Positions 1 to 8,901 of a stretch of 21,953 bases of DNA are shown one piece after another. The stretch is from Promethearchaeota archaeon. GTDB lineage: Archaea; Asgardarchaeota; Lokiarchaeia; Sigyniarchaeales; SOKP01. A model generated the notes under the pieces. That model searched no databases. It saw only the letters and a program-made list of their open reading frames with translations, and had not been told where the DNA came from. The number at the start of each line of letters is the position of its first letter. Position 1 is the stretch's first letter. Position numbers and translations under genes: made by a program. The stretch lies in the NCBI GenBank assembly GCA_016930515.1, contig JAFGGO010000012.1:1-21953 (forward strand). The letters are read 5' to 3'.

Positions 1-1
1 A

Positions 2-2203
2 ATCATTATCATTCCCGTTTGCTTGATTGCTTCTTTTTCATGTCTTGCACTTATATTTAAAAAGATAAGATCGCTTGAGCAAAAAACTAAAAAAATGAAG
101 GAAATTAGTACTTATATCGAACACGGTGCAACCGTGTATCTCAAGCGACAAGCTCGCATGTTCCTCGTTATCGGGGCTATCCTTTGCGTACCTATTGGTT
201 TTACTGGAATCGAATACCTGAACATCCCTATAGCTGGATTTTTCATAGCAATTGCAATCTTTTTTTTTGGCTCAGCGAGTTCTTTATTTGCAGGATATAT
301 CGGAATGAAAGCTGCAACAAAAACAAATATACTCGTTGTTGAAGCCTCCTTTACCGATCCGCAAGAAGGGTTCAAGCTCTCTTATTACGGGGGAATGATA
401 ACGGGCATTTTAAACATCAGCATGTTCGTTTTAGGCACATGGATTTTATTGTTTACCACACAAGGAAATGTTTATCTTATGGTAAGCTACGATTTTGGCG
501 CCAGCGTGGCGGCGTTATTAGCGCAAGTAGGCGGAGGGATCTTTACTAAATCCGCTGATATGGGTGCCGATTTGGTTGGAAAATACGAATTAAGTATTGA
601 CGAGGACGATCCACGAAATCCGGCAATTATTGCTGATTTAGTTGGAGATAATGTCGGAGACTGTGCTGGAAGAGGTGCGGACTTGTTCGAAAGTGCTTCT
701 TCTGATGTTATTGGTGGCATGCTACTTGGTATTACGATATTCCTATTTTTAGGAGACCCTAAGTTTGTCATTTCAAATCTCACCTTAATTTCTCTTGGGT
801 TATTCTCATTATTTTTCACAACCTTGTTCTTAAAAGTGGATCTCGCTAAACCTTCGAAAAGTATTTGGCGAGTCTTTATTGCCTCCGTTTCGTTTAATTT
901 TGTCGTATTATTTGTGATAAACCTGTTTTTATTCGGTCCTGCTGGAATTTATCTCTTTTTCGCGAGCGCAATAGGGTTAATTTCTGCTTTTGCTGCAATT
1001 TTATTGACGACCTATTACACTAGTGTTGATCACAAACCGACAAGAAAAGTTGCTGAAGCTTCAAAAGACAGCCCCTCGCTTAATATTGTAGCGGGCATCG
1101 CTACAGGGTTTAGCTCCACTTTTGTACCAATCGTGGTTTTTTGCGTATCTGTAATCTTGACTTTCGTTTTAGGTAAGGAGTTTGGAATTTTATTTTACGA
1201 GGCAAACGGCTCTCCATCAAATAATATTTTAGGAAGTCCACTTACAATGCCCATCGTATTCATATGTTTTGGCATATGGGGGGTAAATATGGCTTCGGTT
1301 TCCAGCGATACTATTATTAGCACGATCTTGAGTTTTGATACCTTTGGTCCCATAATGGATAACGCTGCAGGCATCGCAGAAATGGGCCGGGAAGAGGCAC
1401 CGAAGGACCTTCGCTCAAATTTGGATAGATTAGATGCTCTAGGCAATACCACGAAAGCCGTCGCTAAAGGATTTGCCCTGATTTGTGGGGGCTTTAGTAG
1501 TATCGTCATGTTCCTAACCTTCCTTACTTCGACGCAAACGCTTGCTTACGATCTCAGTACTACAGCGAGACCCTTAACAGAATTAAAGGATATTTTTAAT
1601 AATCTGGATTTCTTTGATCCATTGATCATTATGGGAATATTCGTAGGTGTAATTTTGCCTTTCTTGTTTTCTTCAATGGTCCTTCGAGCAGTTCGAAAAG
1701 GAGCTGAGAACATGGTAAAAGAAGTCCGGCACCAGTTTAAATCTATTCCAGGTTTAAAGGAAGGTGCTCCAGGAGTAAAACCCGATTATGATGAGTGCAT
1801 CGATATTTCAGCGAGTAATGCTTTAAAAAAGATAGTTAAACCAGTGTTGTTTAATATCTCGTTTACGATATTGTTGGGAATTTTATTTGGCCCCATTGTC
1901 GTTGCGGGGATTTTGATTGGAAACTTAATCGGGTGTCTCATATTAGGCTTCTTCATGAGTATCGGAGGTGCCGCCTTCGATAATGCTAAAAAAGCAATTG
2001 AATCGGGATTATTTGGTGGGAAGGGAAGCTTTGCCCATAAATCAGCAATTATAGGCGACACAGTTGGTGATCCACTTAAAGATTCCGCTGGGCCCTCAAT
2101 GAACATTTTAATTACCACGATGAATACGATGGCTCTCACGTTTCTTCCTTTATTTATATTGACGGGCTTTCTTGGTGGTTTATTTTCAGCGTTTTTTTTA
2201 TAG
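2..2203 (+). CDS. hppA: Membrane-bound ion-translocating pyrophosphatase, K+-independent (type II/AVP2-like) H+-PPase; 5'-truncated by the window edge
   Basis: Motifs GGGIFTKSADMGADLVGKYE, EDDPRNPAIIADLVGDNVGDCAGRGADLFES, DTFGPIMDNAAGIAEM, LDALGNTTKA and GDTVGDPLKDSAGPS, plus many hydrophobic helices. The frame is open from position 2 (IIIIPVCL...), so TTG at 23 is probably not the real start. Lys in GNTTK is the K+-independence determinant. Confidence 0.95.
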   Translation: MIIIPVCLIASFSCLALIFKKIRSLEQKTKKMKEISTYIEHGATVYLKRQARMFLVIGAILCVPIGFTGIEYLNIPIAGFFIAIAIFFFGSASSLFAGYIGMKAATKTNILVVEASFTDPQEGFKLSYYGGMITGILNISMFVLGTWILLFTTQGNVYLMVSYDFGASVAALLAQVGGGIFTKSADMGADLVGKYELSIDEDDPRNPAIIADLVGDNVGDCAGRGADLFESASSDVIGGMLLGITIFLFLGDPKFVISNLTLISLGLFSLFFTTLFLKVDLAKPSKSIWRVFIASVSFNFVVLFVINLFLFGPAGIYLFFASAIGLISAFAAILLTTYYTSVDHKPTRKVAEASKDSPSLNIVAGIATGFSSTFVPIVVFCVSVILTFVLGKEFGILFYEANGSPSNNILGSPLTMPIVFICFGIWGVNMASVSSDTIISTILSFDTFGPIMDNAAGIAEMGREEAPKDLRSNLDRLDALGNTTKAVAKGFALICGGFSSIVMFLTFLTSTQTLAYDLSTTARPLTELKDIFNNLDFFDPLIIMGIFVGVILPFLFSSMVLRAVRKGAENMVKEVRHQFKSIPGLKEGAPGVKPDYDECIDISASNALKKIVKPVLFNISFTILLGILFGPIVVAGILIGNLIGCLILGFFMSIGGAAFDNAKKAIESGLFGGKGSFAHKSAIIGDTVGDPLKDSAGPSMNILITTMNTMALTFLPLFILTGFLGGLFSAFFL

Positions 2204-2208
2204 ATATT

Positions 2209-2230
2209 TCAATTTGCTTCTTTCTTTTTT
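2209..2230 (+). terminator. Candidate archaeal T-rich terminator after hppA
   Basis: Pyrimidine/T tract (tcaatttgcttctttctttttt) just after the TAG stop; weak evidence in an AT-rich genome. Confidence 0.3.
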
Positions 2231-2329
2231 AAAAATTAAATTTTAGTTAGAATAATTTTATAATAAATAAAATATAGGTTTTTAAGATAAAGCGATATTT
2301 CTATCATAAGAATATCTTAATGTTGTAAT

Positions 2330-3184
2330 ATGAGCGAAATTCGCAAAATCAAATTAACTTTAAAGAGCAGGCAAACCCTCGAAGGTGCAGGTGTTAAATT
2401 AAGAAGGGCTTTTGGTTTTAACGAAAATCCCTCCTTATTCGATCCATTCCTGCTTTTGGATCATTTTGGATCCGATAATCCAAGCGATTATATTTTGGGG
2501 TTTCCATGGCACCCTCATCGAGGGATCGAGACTATCACTTACATGATAAACGGTGAGATAGCTCACGAAGATAGCCTGGGAAATAAAGGAGTCATCGGTA
2601 CGGGGGACCTGCAATGGATGACTGCGGGAAGCGGTATAATTCACCAAGAAATGCCTCAAATTACTAATAATGAATTAAATGGTTTCCAACTATGGGCTAA
2701 TCTACCTTCTTCTCATAAAATGATGACACCAAGGTATAGAGAAATAACGAAATTGATGATTCCCGAGATTTCATTAGACAATGGTGTGAGAGTAAAGGTG
2801 TTAAGCGGAATTTTTAACAATGTTAATGGACCAGTTCGAGATATAGTTACTAATCCAGAATATTTGGATGTGTTGATACCTCCAGGCTCGGAATTCGTTC
2901 ACGATATAGAAAGAAGAAAAACCACGATTGCTTATGTTTTTGATGGACAAGGATATTTTGACGATAACGAGGATAAATTGAAATCTAAATACGATTTAAT
3001 ATTGTATAAAGATGGAGATTGCGTGAAAATAAAGACTTTTAGTTCTCAAATGCGATTTATTCTCTTTTCTGGAGTACCTTTAAACGAACCTATCGCTTGG
3101 CGAGGACCTATTGTAATGAACACCACTGAAGAACTTATTAAGGCGTTTAAAGAATACCAAGATGGTACTTTTATTAAATACTAA
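2330..3184 (+). CDS. Pirin family protein (bicupin)
   Basis: DPFLLLDHF, GFPWHPHRGIETITY, HEDSLGN, QWMTAGSGIIHQEMP, GFQLWANLP and C-terminal PLNEPIAWRGPIVMNT; metal ligands H-x-H...H-x-E are present. Confidence 0.95.
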   Translation: MSEIRKIKLTLKSRQTLEGAGVKLRRAFGFNENPSLFDPFLLLDHFGSDNPSDYILGFPWHPHRGIETITYMINGEIAHEDSLGNKGVIGTGDLQWMTAGSGIIHQEMPQITNNELNGFQLWANLPSSHKMMTPRYREITKLMIPEISLDNGVRVKVLSGIFNNVNGPVRDIVTNPEYLDVLIPPGSEFVHDIERRKTTIAYVFDGQGYFDDNEDKLKSKYDLILYKDGDCVKIKTFSSQMRFILFSGVPLNEPIAWRGPIVMNTTEELIKAFKEYQDGTFIKY

Positions 3185-3281
3185 AAATTTAGCACTAGAT
3201 AAAGTTAATACTCATAAATCATTCTTGTAATTGCTTTATTCAGTTAGTTCAAGTAAAAATTCAATAAGTATCATTTTTATC

Positions 3282-3911
3282 ATGGAAAGCCCGAAAGAAT
3301 TCCGATTCCAATGCACTCAATGTGGAAATTGCTGTTCCGATAAGAACACCATAGTTAATGTAACATTTCACGATATTTTAAGGATAAAATCTGCTTTAGA
3401 TCTCACTCTAGACGAGACTCTCGTCGTTCTCGGATTTTATATGTTTGAAAAACCTCCAACATCTATGGAACTAAAAAAAATGGTCGTACCTCCTATTGAA
3501 ACCGAAAACGGGATGGCATTTTTAGGTCTTTTCAAGCAACAATCGGGTAGTTGCTACTTCTATGACGAAAAAAATAAAAAATGTAGAATATATACGATTC
3601 GTCCGCTGTTCTGCCGTACTTTTCCTTATTCGTTTAAAATCTTAGTCGATCCACAGACAAAACAAAGAAAAGGGATTGAAATCTATTTTACTGACAAGGG
3701 ACACGAATATTGTGAGGGTATAAACGAAAAGAACCCCCTCATAGATAGAGATAAATGGGTTCAATTAGGCAAGGAAACAATCAAGCAAATGGAAGAAAAT
3801 AATGTTCTAATTCAAAAATGGAATAGATCTGTTAAAAACGGTGAAATAATAGCTTCAGCACGTAATTTTGTCTTAACAATTCTTAATCTCGAAAAGGATT
3901 CAAGCTCTTAA
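3282..3911 (+). CDS. YkgJ family cysteine-cluster (Zn/Fe-S chelating) protein
   Basis: FQCTQCGNCC ... CYFYD...CRIYTIRPLFCRTFPY ... C pattern. ATG at 3282 (MESPKEFRFQC) preferred over TTG at 3231. Confidence 0.88.
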   Translation: MESPKEFRFQCTQCGNCCSDKNTIVNVTFHDILRIKSALDLTLDETLVVLGFYMFEKPPTSMELKKMVVPPIETENGMAFLGLFKQQSGSCYFYDEKNKKCRIYTIRPLFCRTFPYSFKILVDPQTKQRKGIEIYFTDKGHEYCEGINEKNPLIDRDKWVQLGKETIKQMEENNVLIQKWNRSVKNGEIIASARNFVLTILNLEKDSSS

Positions 3912-5749
3912 ATTAATTCAGAGTATTGAGAACTCGCAAGCAACATCCAAAATAACATTTTTAATTCTACGAGATATGCCAATTCGTGTTCTTTCCAATT
4001 AAAATCGCCATCCATGTCTTTCGTATCAAAATATTTTGTTGCACCCGATATGTACGATAACCATTTTTTACACGCATCTGATTCCTTATCTTTTAGATCT
4101 AAAAGAACAAAAGATAATAGCGCTTTTGCAGTATCTGACACCCTACCGTTGATCGAACCCATATTATCAGTTACGCTTTTTAACTCTTTCGAATAAACGC
4201 CTTTAAAATGTGTTGGAATGCTTTTATCTTCTGTTTCATATAGTTTTATAAGTACTAATTGTTCAAAAATGTCATTGGAAGGATTGTAATACTCCATCTT
4301 TGATAAGTTAGCTTGAATAACGGAATCGATGAGATTATTCGATTTATTTACAAAGATTCCTTGTTTTTCGAGTATTTTTAAGCCGAGTGCTGCGTGGAAA
4401 CTGGCACGAATTTTCTCGGGAATGAAAGAGTGAAGTTCCTCTTCTAAGATTAATTTGATCTTATTAAGATCAACGAGATCATCCCTATTTAACATGTTAA
4501 ACTCGCGAAAAATGCATAATCCATAGAAAATATTAGTAGTATCAGGAATTTGGGAGTCAACTCGATAAAAAACCTTATTATGAATGAATTTCTTTGTAAT
4601 ATCTTCGAGTTCTATTGAAGAAAAAGGAATCGTCGAACCCATCATTCTAGCTGTTGATATGAAGTAGAAAAGAGTTTCTAAATCAAGAACCCTTAAATTT
4701 AATTCATATGAATTGCTCAAATTGGTAATATTAACATTAAATTGTTCTAAAATATCTTTTTTAAGGTTTGGAAAATCACCGAAATATTCGATAAATGATG
4801 TTTGAACATCTAATGTTTTTTTTTGTTCTGCTTCCATTTTTTCCAAAGGAGAAGATATGACTGAGGATTTCTGATTATTTTGCTTATTCGGTTGATCTGT
4901 AAAAACTACGAATTGTTTAGCTGGAGCACTTGAAATATTATTAATAATGCTTTCCTCCTTAGGTTGAGGTATGGGTTGTAATGATCCAAACTTTTCAGTG
5001 GACTTAAGTTCCTGCTTTAATATTTCTGAAATCTTGTTTTGTATTTTCTCTTCTTTTTCGTGAGGAGAAGAAGGAATGCCTTTTTCTACTCCCCCGAATA
5101 ATGGTTTTTTAGTCACTTTTATTTCAGGTTCCTGGTGTTCTATGACATTTTTAGACAATAGCTTGTCCTTAAGCAGTGTATCCACTGGTTTCTGCAATTT
5201 TATCTTTTTTTGCTTGATTGATAGATTTGAGAAATCAAAATCTTCTTCAATCTCGTTTAATTTTTCGTAAATCTGGTGTTCTAATTCTGATGAGATACTA
5301 TTGTATAGTTTGAATTTATTTACCTTATTTTTTAATCCTTTCGGTAGGAGATCAAAAAGATCCGCCGTATCAAGCTGTTTATTGTCTTTTCCAGTTAAAT
5401 AATCAATAACGCTTAAATATAAGAAATAGTTAACGAGCTGCTTAATTTTTTTAAAATATTGTTCTAATAGAACATCTTGCTCAATAGGCAATCTCGATAT
5501 TTGGTTAAAAATTGCTTTCTTCCGTTCTACCCTTTCGTTTGGAATACCAATCGTTTTCAACGACACCATTGTTATCTTGATCATGGTCTCTATTGTTTCT
5601 TTGATTCTTTGGGGTGGTTTCCCGTCTGTCTTTCCCTTGAGATCTATGTTTTTATAGGAAAATAAGTCTTTAATATAATTATCTGTATTAGCGTAAAAAT
5701 GAAGAATGTCTTCCTTCATTAGGTCGTTAAATTTTTTCAATAATTCCAT
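3908..5749 (-). CDS. Hypothetical protein: helical N-domain, charged low-complexity linker, C-terminal helical-repeat domain (possibly prenyltransferase/alpha-alpha toroid-like)
   Basis: Long open frame. ATG at 5749 is preceded by a purine-rich GGAAAGGA; alternative GTG at 5785. Recurring helical motifs (DLETLFYFISTARMMG, PDTTNIFYGLCIFREF, RVSDTAKALLSFVLLD) only loosely suggest the fold. Confidence 0.6.
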   Translation of the reverse strand: MELLKKFNDLMKEDILHFYANTDNYIKDLFSYKNIDLKGKTDGKPPQRIKETIETMIKITMVSLKTIGIPNERVERKKAIFNQISRLPIEQDVLLEQYFKKIKQLVNYFLYLSVIDYLTGKDNKQLDTADLFDLLPKGLKNKVNKFKLYNSISSELEHQIYEKLNEIEEDFDFSNLSIKQKKIKLQKPVDTLLKDKLLSKNVIEHQEPEIKVTKKPLFGGVEKGIPSSPHEKEEKIQNKISEILKQELKSTEKFGSLQPIPQPKEESIINNISSAPAKQFVVFTDQPNKQNNQKSSVISSPLEKMEAEQKKTLDVQTSFIEYFGDFPNLKKDILEQFNVNITNLSNSYELNLRVLDLETLFYFISTARMMGSTIPFSSIELEDITKKFIHNKVFYRVDSQIPDTTNIFYGLCIFREFNMLNRDDLVDLNKIKLILEEELHSFIPEKIRASFHAALGLKILEKQGIFVNKSNNLIDSVIQANLSKMEYYNPSNDIFEQLVLIKLYETEDKSIPTHFKGVYSKELKSVTDNMGSINGRVSDTAKALLSFVLLDLKDKESDACKKWLSYISGATKYFDTKDMDGDFNWKEHELAYLVELKMLFWMLLASSQYSELI

Positions 5750-5952
5750 AGTATTCCTTTCCCAAATGCCTTTCGTTATTATCACTAAACTTTAATGAAT
5801 ATATGTGTTCAAATTTAATAAAATTATTTACCTCCTATTCTAGAAAATCTAATAGCAAGCCTTTTTTAAAAAAAAGCTATCTTTCATAAACCTTTTACTT
5901 GCATTACAATTCATTTATTAATGCTTAATAAATTAATAACTTCTCTTACATA

Positions 5953-6675
5953 ATGGATGACCATTATTATAACTATATTGCGGAAGATTATTACAATAAA
6001 AGAAGGAGACCGTGGAAGCCTCTTCAAAAATTTTTAGACCGTGTGATAAATGAGGATGTAAAAATTTCAGGAATTAGTGTTGATTTAGGATGTGCAAATG
6101 GAAGGAATTTTGAAGTGCTTCTGAAATATTCCGAAAGAATAGTTGGAATAGATATTTCAATTGAATTTCTCCAACTTATAAAAAAAATAAAAGTTTTTCA
6201 AGAAAAATTTAGAATCGAAAGTGTACCTCTCATTCTGGCCGATCTTCGTTTTCTTCCATTAAGATCTCATTCAATCGATAATATCTTTTCAATAGCTACG
6301 ATACACCATATTAAAGGAAAAAAAAAGAGAGAATCATCCTTGAAACAAATGCAGAATACCCTTCGGAATGGTGGATATCTCTTTTTAACTGTGTGGAGGA
6401 GGTGGCAAAAAAAGTATAGGAATTATTTTATCAAGGAAAAAATCATGCGTGTTTTTTCTCAAAAATCTCAAAAAATAAATCATGAATTTGGCGACAAAAC
6501 TGTTCCCTGGACGGTTTCTTCCAGAAATACAACAATTAACCGATTTTATCATTTTTACACGAAATGGGAGTTGATAAAATCCTTACGAAAATTTAAAATC
6601 GTTTCGTTAAAAAAAAGTGGTGGTTCTTCGGGAAAAGATAATTTTTTCGTTTTAGCCCGAAATGAACAAGCCTAA
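5953..6675 (+). CDS. Class I SAM-dependent methyltransferase, Trm9/ALKBH8-like (candidate tRNA wobble-uridine carboxymethyl methyltransferase)
   Basis: Motif I VDLGCANGRN, VGIDIS and ADLRFLP, plus the Trm9-type features SIATIHHI...R, LRNGG.LFLTVW, VPW and RFYHFY...EL. Confidence 0.8.
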   Translation: MDDHYYNYIAEDYYNKRRRPWKPLQKFLDRVINEDVKISGISVDLGCANGRNFEVLLKYSERIVGIDISIEFLQLIKKIKVFQEKFRIESVPLILADLRFLPLRSHSIDNIFSIATIHHIKGKKKRESSLKQMQNTLRNGGYLFLTVWRRWQKKYRNYFIKEKIMRVFSQKSQKINHEFGDKTVPWTVSSRNTTINRFYHFYTKWELIKSLRKFKIVSLKKSGGSSGKDNFFVLARNEQA

Positions 6676-7163
6676 TGGCATTCAATTGAATATAAGGCGT
6701 CAATTAGATATATCTCAAATCCTTGAAAATGTTCTTTCAGAATGGACGCGTTAAACTCCAAGATTCGTTTGGTAAACTCACAATGAAAGATACCGTGGAT
6801 GGATTGTTCTTCATAATAATTTGATTTTATTAATTTTCTTCTTATTCCATACCATATCGTGAGCATGTGGTTGTTTACCCAGTCATTTTTCTTTCTTGTA
6901 AACGCAACTCCAATCGAAGTATACGATTCAATGTTTCTTTTCACGACTCGTGGATGATAATAGTCGGATTCATCGCATGACTCCCAAGTAATTTCTAATT
7001 TACCGATAGGTCCCCAAAGTTCGTCAAGAACGGTTTTCGTCTCTAAAATTATAGAACCACTCGTAGGATCTCCAGTTGATTGTGTTTCTACGAACCAAAT
7101 TGGCATTCGATTTACTTTAATATTAAATTCTTGATTTTTATAAGGATAGGTAGTATGTTGCAT
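6672..7163 (-). CDS. Hypothetical protein (163 aa)
   Basis: Clean ORF with AAGGT upstream; 4-nt convergent overlap with the methyltransferase gene; no confidently recognised family. Confidence 0.7.
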   Translation of the reverse strand: MQHTTYPYKNQEFNIKVNRMPIWFVETQSTGDPTSGSIILETKTVLDELWGPIGKLEITWESCDESDYYHPRVVKRNIESYTSIGVAFTRKKNDWVNNHMLTIWYGIRRKLIKSNYYEEQSIHGIFHCEFTKRILEFNASILKEHFQGFEIYLIDALYSIECH

Positions 7164-7318
7164 ACATGAATACCTTTTGTAATTGATTAGAGTCTGAATT
7201 AAATGAAATAATGAATTTAACTATTTATAAAATATAGCATTTTTATATAAAAAGAAGTTAGTTTAGATTTTTAAAAATTATGTTGGTAAAAGGATCTAGA
7301 CTTATATTTGAGGAAAGG

Positions 7319-7963
7319 TTATTTTCCTTCTTGTAATTTTTGTTTTGCTTCCTTGATCCAAGTCTCGATTCTCGTTTCGGTCGCTCCTTTTATTTTAATA
7401 GCCAACTCTCCTGGGTTTTGTTTGCATAAATCCTCGACGCAACTAACACCCACGCTTTCGAACTTTTTGGCAGTTGTTGCTCCTAAACCAGTTAAGGCCG
7501 TTAGAGGAGTGACCTTATCTTTTGGAATGGGTTCTTCTTTTATTGGGGTTTTTGTTTCGATTGTTGGCGTTTTCACTAGTATTTCATTTTGTTTTAACGC
7601 TGGTGTTTTTTGCGTGATGGTTGATTTGGGTTTTACCTTCGTTTTCGGTTTTGTGTTAGGTTTAGTGGCTTTGTTCTTTTTTTCCGTTTTAGGTTTGAAA
7701 GGGGTGCGCTTTTTTTCTTTTTTAACAAAAGCTTCCCGTTTCTTGATTTTCCTTTCGGGAAGTTTAAGTTTCTTTAATTGGTCTACATTAGAATCATGAG
7801 ATGATTTTCTGAAGTAATCAATATGTATTCCCAAATTTTTAAGGTCATTCAATGTTTTTCCCGATTTCTTTATCTCAGCCAACGAAAATCCTTTTGCATT
7901 TTTCAAGTGGTAATGCTTCTTTCTCGAAGGCGATTTTACCAGAGCTGTTGGTTTGCTTTCCAT
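7319..7963 (-). CDS. rpl13e: Ribosomal protein L13e-like domain fused via a Lys/Pro/Thr-rich linker to a C-terminal helix-hairpin-helix domain
   Basis: aa 1-66: P.ALVKSP...KGFSLAEIKKSG.....KNLGIHIDYFRKSSH..NVDQLKK matches the archaeal L13e pattern. aa ~152-212: LTALTGLGATTAKKFESVGV..VEDL....PGELA.KIKG......TWIKEA is HhH (RadA-N/DUF4332-like). GGTG SD upstream. Confidence 0.8.
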   Translation of the reverse strand: MESKPTALVKSPSRKKHYHLKNAKGFSLAEIKKSGKTLNDLKNLGIHIDYFRKSSHDSNVDQLKKLKLPERKIKKREAFVKKEKKRTPFKPKTEKKNKATKPNTKPKTKVKPKSTITQKTPALKQNEILVKTPTIETKTPIKEEPIPKDKVTPLTALTGLGATTAKKFESVGVSCVEDLCKQNPGELAIKIKGATETRIETWIKEAKQKLQEGK

Positions 7964-8129
7964 TACTTTAACACCATTCGTAAATACTTATTAGTAAGTT
8001 AAAAAACAATCGAAACCTTTTATTTTTTTCTTTTTTAATGAGAATTAATGTCTTTTCTAGTATTCTAATTATCTTTTTCCTGAATTTAAATTGTTAAAAA
8101 AGTAGATTATATTGACTATGAATTTCTCA

Positions 8130-8771
8130 TTAAAACGATATAATATCTAAATTCTTGAGTTTAACGATCGATTCGCGAATTTTGAGGCGATCTTCGTACA
8201 ATTCTTTCGCTATCTTCAAGGGGGAATTCATACCATCGCATTTAGAGGCTATTCTATAATCAATTTCGTCAATTAAACCCATCGATAGTATTTTGTCTAA
8301 AACTCCCTTGACCACTAACAGTTTCGGAAAAAATTCCGCAATTTTCCCTCCCATCGTGAGGTTTTCTATATCGACTATTAACGATTGGAATTTACTTTTA
8401 TCGGTAGTGGATCGGAAGATTTTCAAGTCTGCTTTATGTCTTTTCCAAAAACGGGTGGCTATCTTACGCATTATATCTTTCAAGCAAGAAATATCGTCGT
8501 CAGCGTCTGATATAGAACAAAATAATATTGCAGATTCTGGATGAAAAAAAATTACGATAATTGAATCTTCTGCCTCAACGATTCTCAATATTTCGTCGAT
8601 CTTCCTTCCCGTAGACATGGCCGCTTGAACGGAATCTATCGTTCTATTGATGGCGTTGAAGAATCCCGGAAATAAGCCTTCCTCGGCTTTATTATCCTTG
8701 AATTCCTTGAAGGAAGACTCAAGTAATGAGATACCGCTGTTACTATCGATCAAGTAAATCTTGTATATCAC
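8130..8771 (-). CDS. Longin-like domain + C-terminal winged-helix protein
   Basis: N-terminus IYKIYLIDSNSGISLL...LFPGFFNAIN...ILFCSISDADD....KDIMRKIATRFWKRH has the longin beta-beta-alpha-beta-beta-beta-alpha-alpha pattern. C-terminus CDGMNSPLKIAKEL......IRESIVKLKNLDII is wHTH-like. GTG start. Confidence 0.72.
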   Translation of the reverse strand: MIYKIYLIDSNSGISLLESSFKEFKDNKAEEGLFPGFFNAINRTIDSVQAAMSTGRKIDEILRIVEAEDSIIVIFFHPESAILFCSISDADDDISCLKDIMRKIATRFWKRHKADLKIFRSTTDKSKFQSLIVDIENLTMGGKIAEFFPKLLVVKGVLDKILSMGLIDEIDYRIASKCDGMNSPLKIAKELYEDRLKIRESIVKLKNLDIISF

Positions 8772-8901
8772 TGTTCTATAATTAATTTTTTAATTTGTTA
8801 CTAAACACATGGAATTACCCCCTTAAGAATGATAATGATTAATGTTATAAGGAAAAATAATTATCTATTTTACAAATTAAAACAATTTAGCTTGTCTTAA
8901 C

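Noticed and set aside
112-2139. Four minus-strand ORFs inside hppA
   Set aside because: Antisense shadows of a strongly conserved gene, with no motifs.
2282-2320. TTAAGATA...TATCTTAA inverted repeat before pirin
   Set aside because: Only 8 bp, AT-only-rich with a 23-bp spacer; expected by chance here.
7308-7799. 163-aa hydrophobic plus-strand ORF resembling a membrane protein
   Set aside because: It is the antisense mirror of the Lys/Pro/Thr-rich L13e-HhH gene (AAA reads TTT), which explains the Phe/Val/Gly bias.
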